NCBI GenBank assembly: GCA_964446985.1
Contig: CAYUQW010000001.1
Location: forward strand, 1 to 32,519
Length of the DNA: 32,519 nt
Direction: 5' to 3'
DNA from: an uncultured Flavobacteriaceae bacterium
GTDB lineage: Bacteria; Bacteroidota; Bacteroidia; Flavobacteriales; Flavobacteriaceae
Shown here: positions 1 through 7,612 of the stretch, one piece after another
Numbering within the stretch: position 1 is the first letter of the stretch
Layout of the letters: each line of letters begins with the position of its first letter
The notes under the pieces: model-generated
The model's input: only the letters and a program-made list of their open reading frames with translations
Told to the model about the DNA's origin: nothing
Databases searched by the model: none
Program-made: the position numbers and the translations under genes

Positions 1-543
1 ATGAAAACTATTTATGTAATCAACAAATGTTTTCTTGATATAAGTTACATATTGATTTATAAAAGGGTGAAGATCCGACATGTTTTTTAGTGTATCATAT
101 AACATTTGGGAAGTAACGGGTTTATAACCAACTTTCTCGGTTAATTTTCTTTCGGCATAATTAAGATATGCCAATTTTAAATAAATATATTTATACAGGT
201 TTGGTAAACCCTCTTTGTACTTTTGTAATTGATCTAGATTGGTAGTCGTCCAAGTTTTATTTTCAAATAAAATAGTTTGGTTAGTATTATCTAAATTAAA
301 TTCTAACAGTAAATCAATGCGTCCCCCATTTACACCAGCTTGTCTACTTACATTAATCCCGGAAACTTTTTTCCCGAAATCATTTTCCGATAGAAATAAA
401 TTATTAAATAATTGCTGCTTATATTTTTGGTATTCAACCTTACTGTCTAAAAAGTAAAGCAACCATGTTAAAAATGCGTCTGTTACCAATTCTTTTGGTG
501 CGTGTATGAAAAGATTCGTATTATCCATTTTTTTATTATCCAT
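1..543 (-). CDS. PD-(D/E)XK nuclease superfamily protein, partial (N-terminal 181 aa visible; C-terminus lies beyond the left window edge)
   Basis: Absent from the supplied ORF track because it has no in-window stop. I checked by hand that + frame 1 of nt 1-543 has no TTA/CTA/TCA, so the minus strand is open from the ATG at 543 to the edge (second in-frame ATG at 528). Translation: MDNKKMDNTNLFIHAPKELVTDAFLTWLLYFLD...GVNGGRIDLLLEFNLDNTNQTILFENKTWTTTNLDQLQKYKE... It shows D77-x16-E94-x-K96 (nt 313-315, 262-264, 256-258) plus an N-terminal ELxxxxFLxWLL helix and QLxxY after the ENK. This resembles PF14281-like PD-(D/E)XK proteins. Confidence 0.6.
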   Translation of the reverse strand, partial: MDNKKMDNTNLFIHAPKELVTDAFLTWLLYFLDSKVEYQKYKQQLFNNLFLSENDFGKKVSGINVSRQAGVNGGRIDLLLEFNLDNTNQTILFENKTWTTTNLDQLQKYKEGLPNLYKYIYLKLAYLNYAERKLTEKVGYKPVTSQMLYDTLKNMSDLHPFINQYVTYIKKTFVDYINSFH

Positions 544-723
544 TTTTTTAATCAATTTGATTGTAAAATTATTAATAAATTAAATAAACAAAAATTATGT
601 GTGTTAAAACCGGATGAGAAACCGAATTATCCCCAAATATGCTGTATTTCCGTGCAATGGAAACTGTATTTGAACAAATCGTAATTTTGGACTGAAAATT
701 GCTTTTGAAAATAAAAATATCCC

Positions 724-731
724 TACATTTG
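724..731 (+). promoter_or_regulatory. Candidate Bacteroidota -7 promoter box TACATTTG (consensus TAnnTTTG) for the MarC-family gene
   Basis: Exact match to TAnnTTTG, ending 16 nt before the ATG at 748. A TTTG sits at 704-707 as a possible -33 element. Motif match only. Confidence 0.4.
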
Positions 732-747
732 CGCAAATTTTTTACGA

Positions 748-1323
748 ATGTTTGATCTGAAAGAAATCCTTACGGCTACGATGGTGTTGTTCGCCGTCAT
801 CGATATTGTGGGAAGCATTCCCGTGATTATCGATCTGCGGAAGAAAGTCGGGCATATTCAGTCGGAGAAGGCTACGATCATTGCCGGCCTGTTGATGATC
901 GCTTTTCTGTTTGTGGGCGAAGAGATTCTCCGTCTGGTGGGCATCGATGTACAATCCTTCGCCGTTGCGGGATCGTTCATTTTGTTTTTTTTGGCTATGG
1001 AAATGATTCTGGGTGTCCGGATTTTCAAGGATGAAGAACCCGAAACCGCTTCGGTGGTGCCGCTGGCTTTTCCGCTTATTGCCGGGGCCGGAACGCTGAC
1101 AACCATCCTGACCATCCGCGCCGAATATCACACGGTCAATATTGCCGTTGCCATTGTGATCAATATGATTTTTGTGTATGCCGTACTGAAATCGTCCCAA
1201 AAAATCGAACGCTTTATCGGCAAATCGGGTATCAATGTTATCCGTAAGGTTTTCGGTATTATTCTGCTGGCCATTGCCGTGAAACTGTTTATCAATAATG
1301 TCCGGCTGATGATTATACATTGA
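748..1323 (+). CDS. MarC family (UPF0056) integral membrane protein
   Basis: 191 aa with multiple TM helices. N-terminal pattern FAVIDIVGSIPVI and mid-protein PLAFPLIAGAGTLTT are typical of MarC/UPF0056. Confidence 0.85.
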   Translation: MFDLKEILTATMVLFAVIDIVGSIPVIIDLRKKVGHIQSEKATIIAGLLMIAFLFVGEEILRLVGIDVQSFAVAGSFILFFLAMEMILGVRIFKDEEPETASVVPLAFPLIAGAGTLTTILTIRAEYHTVNIAVAIVINMIFVYAVLKSSQKIERFIGKSGINVIRKVFGIILLAIAVKLFINNVRLMIIH

Positions 1324-1356
1324 TAAATGCTTACTTTTGCGGTATAAATCGGCCGT

Positions 1357-2157
1357 ATGACCAAATCCGTTTTTCGCCTGTCCCTGGTGCAGTTTGACAT
1401 AGCCTGGGAAAATCCGCCGGAAAATTTTCGCCGGGTGGAAGAGTTGTTGTCACGCACGGCTGACGATTCGCAGGCCGTCATTCTTCCCGAGGCCTTTCAT
1501 ACGGGTTTCAGTATGCGGGCCGGCATTCGTTCGTTGGCGGAAAAATATCCTGCATTGCCCGTGCTGAAAAAATGGGCCGCCGCATCGGGGAAAATTATCG
1601 CCGCTTCCGCTTTTGTTGTAGAAGAGGGTCATTTGTATAACCGTTTCTTTTGGGTTCGTCCCGACGGAACTTTCGATACCTACGACAAGAAACATTTGTT
1701 TACCTACGGGGGCGAACACCGTTTTTTCACGCCGGGAACGGAACGGAAAATTATCCGCGAGGAAGGATGGCTGTTCAAGCCGCAGATATGCTACGATTTG
1801 CGTTTCCCTGTCTGGGCCAGCAACACGTTTGACAAATCAACGGGTACTTATGCTTATGATGTTTTGGTTTACGTGGCCAATTGGCCGGCCAAACGCCGCG
1901 ACGCTTATATGAAATTGCTGCCGGCAAGGGCCGTGGAAAACCAGGCTTACGTGATCTGGGTCAACAGGACGGGAGAGGACGGGAACGGCATATCCTATGC
2001 CGGAGATACCTGCTTGGTTTCTCCTGACGGAGATATTCTCGCCACGGCAGGAAATGACGAAAAAGTACTTGAAGTTTCCTTGGATCCCGCTTTGTTGCAA
2101 TCCGTCAGGGAAAAAATGCCGCTCGGCCCCGACCGCGATGCTTTTGACATCCTGTAA
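1357..2157 (+). CDS. Carbon-nitrogen hydrolase (nitrilase superfamily) amidohydrolase, YafV/omega-amidase-like
   Basis: 266 aa. The Glu-Lys-Cys triad contexts are present: LPEAFHTGF, YDKKHLF, PQICYDLRFPVW. Confidence 0.85.
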   Translation: MTKSVFRLSLVQFDIAWENPPENFRRVEELLSRTADDSQAVILPEAFHTGFSMRAGIRSLAEKYPALPVLKKWAAASGKIIAASAFVVEEGHLYNRFFWVRPDGTFDTYDKKHLFTYGGEHRFFTPGTERKIIREEGWLFKPQICYDLRFPVWASNTFDKSTGTYAYDVLVYVANWPAKRRDAYMKLLPARAVENQAYVIWVNRTGEDGNGISYAGDTCLVSPDGDILATAGNDEKVLEVSLDPALLQSVREKMPLGPDRDAFDIL

Positions 2158-2179
2158 GGGGCGGGACCGTGCGGAGAGT

Positions 2180-3139
2180 TTAATACCGTTCCACTTCGAA
2201 ATTGCCTATGGCCGATTGAATACGGACGAAAATTTTGTTGGCCGCTTTGTCAAATCCGGGAGTTTCATAAGTGTTTTTCCCCTTCATCACAAATCCGGTC
2301 ATATCCTTCGAACTGAAAATGTTGTTATAAACGATGCGCACACCGCTTTTTCCGGGCACGTTCAGATGTATATCCGATGCACCGGCGTTCAACACGACTT
2401 CCTGTTTGGGGCTCTTGTCGCCCAAAGTCAAATCGATACTTGACGCGCCGGAACTGATTTCGGTTTTACCCGTTTTGAAATTTTTCAAATCCAATTCCAA
2501 ATCCGAAGCGCCGGTTTTGATATCGAAATTCCACTTGACCGTTTCATTGAGTTTCATTTCCAAATTCGAAGAATGCCCCGACAGATTGACGTCTTTTTTG
2601 GCGGGATAGATGTGCAGAAATACCTTTCTTCCGTTGACGCTCATATCTTTTTTCAGTCCGAACGGAATATCTTCGCCGATGAGTTCATAGAGTTTCGGCG
2701 TGGATTCATTCAAATGAAATTCCAAGGCGGGCAGATTCAATTGTACGGTGCCTTCCTTAATATCGCCTTTCATTTCTTCGGAGAAATAAAAATCGTTTTC
2801 GGCGTTGTCCGCTTCCGCATTATCGTCCTCGTTGTCATTATCCGTTGAAAAATAAAATTCTTTATTGAAAAAGGATCTTTCCCTATGTCCCGGACCTTGG
2901 AAGAAAAGCAGGATAAAAAACAACAACATCAGACCGATATTCAAAGCGGCCCGGATGCCGTCTTTCAAGTTGAAATAGCGTAATCCCCAGAAAATCAATA
3001 ATATGGGCCACAAACGCCAGATGTTGTGCCACCGGATATCGATAACGTGATAATTATCGAGCAAGAAGGTGATTCCCAAGAGAATAAGGAAAATACCGGT
3101 GTAAATATTGCTTTGACGGATGCTGTTATTAGTGCTCAT
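2180..3139 (-). CDS. LiaF-like membrane protein with C-terminal toastrack (DUF4097/DUF2154-like) domain
   Basis: The ORF is open to 3226, but that extension overlaps the upstream PspC gene. The ATG at 3139 (MSTNNSIRQSNIYTGIFLILLG...) gives a 19-nt gap instead. It has four N-terminal TM helices, an acidic linker (DNDNEDDNAEADNAEND), then a repeated beta-rich GASDLELDL / GASSIDLTL / GASDIHLNV pattern. Confidence 0.7.
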   Translation of the reverse strand: MSTNNSIRQSNIYTGIFLILLGITFLLDNYHVIDIRWHNIWRLWPILLIFWGLRYFNLKDGIRAALNIGLMLLFFILLFFQGPGHRERSFFNKEFYFSTDNDNEDDNAEADNAENDFYFSEEMKGDIKEGTVQLNLPALEFHLNESTPKLYELIGEDIPFGLKKDMSVNGRKVFLHIYPAKKDVNLSGHSSNLEMKLNETVKWNFDIKTGASDLELDLKNFKTGKTEISSGASSIDLTLGDKSPKQEVVLNAGASDIHLNVPGKSGVRIVYNNIFSSKDMTGFVMKGKNTYETPGFDKAANKIFVRIQSAIGNFEVERY

Positions 3140-3158
3140 AATTTTTTGGTTTTTGGAA

Positions 3159-3635
3159 TTAATTGTCAGTTTGATCGTTGATGTTTTGCTCGTCCGAACC
3201 GGGTATTTGATTATCGAAATCGTCATTACCGGATTGTCCGGGCATAAAGAGGATATATAAGCCCAGGGCTATGAGAACGACGGGCCAAAGCTTGCGCCAA
3301 CTCCACCAATGGAAATAATTGCTTATCAACAGGATAAATCCAAGGGTAACCAGCAAAACGCCCGCCAGTGTTTTTCCTGAGGCACTGGCTTCTTCACCGT
3401 CCGGTTGCAGGTCGTAAGCGGCATCGGCTCCTGCCGGATATTCCGGTCCCAAGGGCATCATAGCAGCCAGAAGAATATAAATGATAAAGGTGAAAAAGGT
3501 GCCGAAAATCAATAAAAGTACGCAAACCAACCGCACAATCACCACATCCACTTTGAGATAGCGGGCCAAGCCGGCACAGACGCCCAGTAAAATTTTCCTT
3601 TTGGGATCTCTGCGTAAAGGAGGATTTTGATTCAT
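3159..3635 (-). CDS. PspC domain-containing membrane protein
   Basis: 158 aa. The N-terminal RRDPKRKILLGVCAGLARYLKVDVVIVRLVCVLL matches the PspC domain signature and is followed by TM helices. Confidence 0.85.
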   Translation of the reverse strand: MNQNPPLRRDPKRKILLGVCAGLARYLKVDVVIVRLVCVLLLIFGTFFTFIIYILLAAMMPLGPEYPAGADAAYDLQPDGEEASASGKTLAGVLLVTLGFILLISNYFHWWSWRKLWPVVLIALGLYILFMPGQSGNDDFDNQIPGSDEQNINDQTDN

Positions 3636-3685
3636 TATGGTATCGTTTTTGAATTATTTCTTAAACTTGCATAAATTTAATCGAT

Positions 3686-4171
3686 ATGAAAAATCTTTTG
3701 CTCTCACTATTAGGATTCATCTTTTTTTCATTTGTTACACTTTCGCCGCTTCCCAAGGGTGAAGTTAAGGATTTAAACGGAAATAAACACGATTTTTCCG
3801 AAATAATCAAAAATGATGACAAACCGGTCATTGTCAGTTTTTGGGCAACCTGGTGTGTTCCTTGTATTCGCGAATTGGACGCCATCGCCGAAAATTACGA
3901 AGAATGGCAAGATGCCACCGGGGTAAAATTGATTGCCGTCTCCATCGATGACGAAAAAACCGCCCGACGTATCAAGCCTTTGGTCAACGGACGCGATTGG
4001 CCCTACGAGGTGTATCACGATTTCAACGGGGATTTGCAGCGCGCTTTGCATATCAACAATATGGTGCCGTATTTGATTGTAATTTACAAAGGAAAAATTG
4101 TTTATACCAAAAACAGTTACACACCGGGAAGCGAGGAAAAATTGTTTGCGTTTATCAAGTCGTTGAAATAG
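3686..4171 (+). CDS. TlpA-family thioredoxin-like thiol-disulfide oxidoreductase (secreted)
   Basis: 161 aa with a signal peptide and a FWATWCVPCIRELD active-site CxxC in a redoxin/AhpC-TSA-like context. Confidence 0.85.
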   Translation: MKNLLLSLLGFIFFSFVTLSPLPKGEVKDLNGNKHDFSEIIKNDDKPVIVSFWATWCVPCIRELDAIAENYEEWQDATGVKLIAVSIDDEKTARRIKPLVNGRDWPYEVYHDFNGDLQRALHINNMVPYLIVIYKGKIVYTKNSYTPGSEEKLFAFIKSLK

Positions 4172-4177
4172 GCCGGT

Positions 4178-5806
4178 ATGAGAAGAATCCCCTATACCTT
4201 ATTATTATATGTTCTTTTCCGGGTTTATGCTTTGGCTCAGGAATCGCATCTGTCGGGGAGTGTGATTTCCACCGTGCAGTATTACGAAAACGATACCGTT
4301 ACCCGTTTTCGCGCTCCGGAAGGGAAACTCCGCGGGATGCATTATGTTACCTTGGATTATGTCAACGGCCCTTGGTCGGCGGGAGCGGTGGAAGAAGCCT
4401 ATCTGCCGCAATCTTTGTTGGGATACGACCCCGCGCTGAAAGGCAATCTGCTGACGGATTATTATATCCGCTACCGCCAAGGCCCTTGGGACGTAACGGG
4501 CGGTTATTTCTACGAACAGCTTGGCGAGGGAATGCTCTTGCGTTCGTGGCGCGACCGTACTTTGGGTATCGACAATGCCGTTCGTGGTTTGAGATTGAAA
4601 TATACGTTTATGCCGGGCTTGAAAGCCACCTTGCTCAGCGGACGGATGCGTACGGGAATGCAATTGGCCGGCTCGGTGATTTCAGCGGCGTCGGTGAACG
4701 TAAATGTGAATCAATGGTGGGAAAAATTGCCGGCAACCAACCTTAATCTCTCCGTCCTCAACCGCTACGAGCCCACCGGAAACAATCCGCGTTTGCCCGA
4801 ATCGGTCAATGTCTATGCGGCGGAAATCAATACGCATCCCGGGAATGTGGATTTGGCGTTTCTGTATGCCTACAAAACGCCCGATGCGCTGTTTGAACAC
4901 GGCATTTTGAACGACCGCGTTCTTTTCGACGGCGATCTCTATTGGCTCAATGCCGGTTATTCCGTCCGCGGATTCGGAATGGACATCACCTTGCGACGCT
5001 CGGAAAATATGCAATTCTATGCGCAACGTAACTTACAAGGCAATTTTTACAACACCGGCACGGTCAATTATATTCCTTCATTGACCAAACAGCACGATTA
5101 TCTGCTCACGGGGCTGTATGTCTATGCCACCAAGGAGGGCATCTCTTTCGACGACCGGAGCGTGGGCGAAATCGGCGGACAGGCCGATGTGTTTTTCCGG
5201 TTCAAGCGCCATAGCCTTCTGGGCGGAAAATACGGAACGAAAGTGTCGTTGAATTTCGCTCGCTGGCACGCATTGAAGGCCGGATTTTATCCCGTTTCGG
5301 GCACCTACAAAAGACCTTTCGCCGCTGCCGGAGCCTTGTATTACCAGGATTTTAATATCAATGTCAAGAAAAAAATCGGAAGGAAACTCAAAGCTTCGTT
5401 TCATTTGGTCGATCAGTATTACAATCAAGCAAAACTCGAAGGCCACGGTGAGATGGTGCACGCTTCCACCCTTATCACCGACTGGGAATGGCGTCTCCCG
5501 CATTATTCTTCGTTGCGTGTGGAATTGGAACACCTGTTTACCAAGCAGGATGAGAAAAATTGGGTTGCCGGCGGTTTCGAATACAATTGGAACGGCCGTG
5601 TGGGCGTTTATGTGACGGATATGTACAATTACGGATTGACAAAGATTCACTACTACAATGCCGGCATTGTCTATACAAATCACGGAAACCGCATCACGCT
5701 CGGATACGGAAGGACGCGCGGCGGGTTGGTCTGTGTCGGAGGGGTTTGCCGGTATGTGCCGCCCAGCAAAGGATTACAAATGACGATTGCCTTGCGAATG
5801 AATTGA
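4178..5806 (+). CDS. Predicted outer-membrane beta-barrel protein of unknown function (possibly DUF6029-like)
   Basis: 542 aa with a signal peptide (LFRVYALAQE). Alternating aromatic/polar beta-strand texture runs throughout and the protein is rich in Y/G/N. It starts 6 nt after the redoxin stop. The DUF6029 name is recalled from memory, not verified. Confidence 0.55.
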   Translation: MRRIPYTLLLYVLFRVYALAQESHLSGSVISTVQYYENDTVTRFRAPEGKLRGMHYVTLDYVNGPWSAGAVEEAYLPQSLLGYDPALKGNLLTDYYIRYRQGPWDVTGGYFYEQLGEGMLLRSWRDRTLGIDNAVRGLRLKYTFMPGLKATLLSGRMRTGMQLAGSVISAASVNVNVNQWWEKLPATNLNLSVLNRYEPTGNNPRLPESVNVYAAEINTHPGNVDLAFLYAYKTPDALFEHGILNDRVLFDGDLYWLNAGYSVRGFGMDITLRRSENMQFYAQRNLQGNFYNTGTVNYIPSLTKQHDYLLTGLYVYATKEGISFDDRSVGEIGGQADVFFRFKRHSLLGGKYGTKVSLNFARWHALKAGFYPVSGTYKRPFAAAGALYYQDFNINVKKKIGRKLKASFHLVDQYYNQAKLEGHGEMVHASTLITDWEWRLPHYSSLRVELEHLFTKQDEKNWVAGGFEYNWNGRVGVYVTDMYNYGLTKIHYYNAGIVYTNHGNRITLGYGRTRGGLVCVGGVCRYVPPSKGLQMTIALRMN

Positions 5807-5807
5807 T

Positions 5808-6668
5808 ATGGAAAATAAAAAGAAACGATCGCTACTGCAAAAACTCACGGACAAGTATCGCTTGCTCATTATCGACGAAGATACTTTCGAGCATAAACTG
5901 GATTTGAGCCTGAACCGTTTGAATGTGTTCTTAATTCTCGGAAGCATGGCCGTATTGTTGGTGACCGGAACCATTTTTCTGATTGCTTCCACCTCGCTCA
6001 AAGAATACATACCGGGATATCCTTCGGCGGATTTAAAGAAAAAATTGTACGAACTCACCTTGGAAAACGATTCTCTGGGGAATATCGTACAAAGGCAGGA
6101 AAATTATTTGAACGTTTTGCGTAAAATTATGACGGGAGAAGTCAGCGCCGATTCCATTCGCCCCGAACAGATAAAAAAAATCGTTTATCACCCCGACAGT
6201 CTCGATTTGGCACCTTCGCGGGAAGATTCCCTGCTTCGACGTGAAGTGCGACGCAAGGAAAAATATGCCGGCAAGGGAATACGGACGGATTTCGCTTTCC
6301 TGCCGCCGGCGCGCGGTATTATCAGCAAGCATTTCGATTTGGCACACAAACATTACGGAACCGATATCGTACTCGACCGTAACACGCCCGTTAAGGCCAT
6401 AGCCGACGGTTACGTCATTTTCAGCGGTTGGAGCAGTAGTGACGGTTATATACTGGTGATTCAACACCCGGGATTTTTTATTTCCGTGTATAAACACAAC
6501 AAAAAATTGTACAAACAAACCGGCGACCGCGTGAAAGCCGGGGAAGTCATTGCCGCTTCGGGAAACAAAGGAGAAAATACCACCGGACCGCATTTGCATT
6601 TTGAATTGTGGCGCAACGGAAAACCGGTCAATCCCGAGGACTATATCGATTTTAAACCGGTTCGGTAA
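5808..6668 (+). CDS. M23 family metallopeptidase (LytM domain), membrane-anchored
   Basis: 286 aa with an N-terminal TM anchor. HYGTDIV (HxxxD) and GPHLHFELW (HxH) motifs are intact. It starts 1 nt after the upstream stop. Confidence 0.9.
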   Translation: MENKKKRSLLQKLTDKYRLLIIDEDTFEHKLDLSLNRLNVFLILGSMAVLLVTGTIFLIASTSLKEYIPGYPSADLKKKLYELTLENDSLGNIVQRQENYLNVLRKIMTGEVSADSIRPEQIKKIVYHPDSLDLAPSREDSLLRREVRRKEKYAGKGIRTDFAFLPPARGIISKHFDLAHKHYGTDIVLDRNTPVKAIADGYVIFSGWSSSDGYILVIQHPGFFISVYKHNKKLYKQTGDRVKAGEVIAASGNKGENTTGPHLHFELWRNGKPVNPEDYIDFKPVR

Positions 6669-6715
6669 CAACCTGTTTTTTTGTTTTTTTTTGAGAAAAA
6701 TCGTATTATTGATGT

Positions 6716-7612
6716 ATGAAAAAATTAAATTTTCGGTTTTTCATACTTCTTGCCGGTTTAATTTCGAATGCTTGCACCAAAAAAGTTACCAATCTGCATC
6801 TGCCGGAACAAAAGGATATTCCCGTAATGTTCGGTGAAGTTTCCACCGTCCGGCCCGTTCGCGTGGTTTTGACCGAAACCTACGGGGTCCACGAATGGAA
6901 TTTGGGTACGGACGGAAGAATACGTAATGCGACCGTCTCCTTATGGGAAAACGGGCAATTTGTGGAAAATCTCCAATGTTCTCCCGATGGCATATTTTTG
7001 TCTTCCTCACCGGCGGTATCCGGCAACAGCTACACCGTAAAAGCTGTTTTCTCCGGCGGTGAAGAATTATCCGGCACAACGCAGGTTCCCGATACGGTGC
7101 ATACGGAGATTACCGGTCGGAGGTTCGTGTCAAGTTATGATTCGGATTATAATGAATATGCTCTTCTGATCGAAACCGATGTAAAGTTTTATGACGATTC
7201 CGCTACAAACGATTATTACCGCGTAACGGCCGAGTTGGACACGGGCGGATACCGTGAGCCGCTTTATCCCGTGATTCCCGACGACTTGCCGGCGGATCCT
7301 TCCCTGGTTAACGGCTTCGAATTTTCTTACGGCGTTTATTTCAGCGACGAATATTTTAACGGGCAGTCCCGGACCATACCGCTTTATTGGAATTATGACG
7401 GCTACCCGCAGGGACCGGCCGTATTGGTTCTGAAAATTGACCGGATAAGCAAGGAATTGTACGAATATTACAAATTCGCTTCTCAGGCTGAGCTTGGAAC
7501 CGACGATTTCGGTCCCGGAAATTATTACGATAATCTGGAAGGCAATGTCTCCGGAGGTATCGGTATGATAGGCAGTTTTTCGCGAACCGAAAAAATGGTC
7601 ATAGTCCAATGA
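6716..7612 (+). CDS. DUF4249-like lipoprotein
   Basis: 298 aa with a lipobox (LISNAC). The C-terminal NVSGGIGMIGSFS motif is typical of DUF4249. Its stop overlaps the receptor start (ATGA at 7609-7612). Confidence 0.6.
   Translation: MKKLNFRFFILLAGLISNACTKKVTNLHLPEQKDIPVMFGEVSTVRPVRVVLTETYGVHEWNLGTDGRIRNATVSLWENGQFVENLQCSPDGIFLSSSPAVSGNSYTVKAVFSGGEELSGTTQVPDTVHTEITGRRFVSSYDSDYNEYALLIETDVKFYDDSATNDYYRVTAELDTGGYREPLYPVIPDDLPADPSLVNGFEFSYGVYFSDEYFNGQSRTIPLYWNYDGYPQGPAVLVLKIDRISKELYEYYKFASQAELGTDDFGPGNYYDNLEGNVSGGIGMIGSFSRTEKMVIVQ

Noticed and set aside
239-684. Two short + strand ORFs (72 aa and 60 aa) listed in the track in the AT-rich region
   Set aside because: The first lies antisense to the much longer open minus-strand frame that has a PD-(D/E)XK motif. 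The second overlaps that ORF's 5' end and otherwise lies in the 544-747 intergenic AT-rich spacer. Both translate to low-complexity sequences with no features.
742-1320. 192-aa ORF on the minus strand mirroring the MarC gene almost exactly
   Set aside because: It is the antisense reading of a hydrophobic membrane-protein gene. Its product is low-complexity and hydrophilic (rich in H, N, Q, D, G, R) with no recognisable motif. The sense strand gives a textbook MarC protein.
3140-3226. N-terminal extension of the toastrack ORF (track start 3226)
   Set aside because: It would overlap the PspC gene by 68 nt. The extension (MTISIIKYPVRTSKTSTIKL...) is the out-of-frame reading of the PspC C-terminus, and the ATG at 3139 precedes the first TM helix.
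3672-3679. Palindromic TAAATTTA in the 50-nt divergent region between PspC and the redoxin gene, a possible shared bidirectional -7 element
   Set aside because: It lacks the terminal G of the consensus on both strands and sits only 6 nt from the redoxin ATG. The match is too weak to call.
3997-4746. 249-aa + strand ORF spanning the redoxin/barrel junction in another frame
   Set aside because: It is Arg/Gly/Cys-rich out-of-frame read-through. Both overlapped genes have strong independent support.
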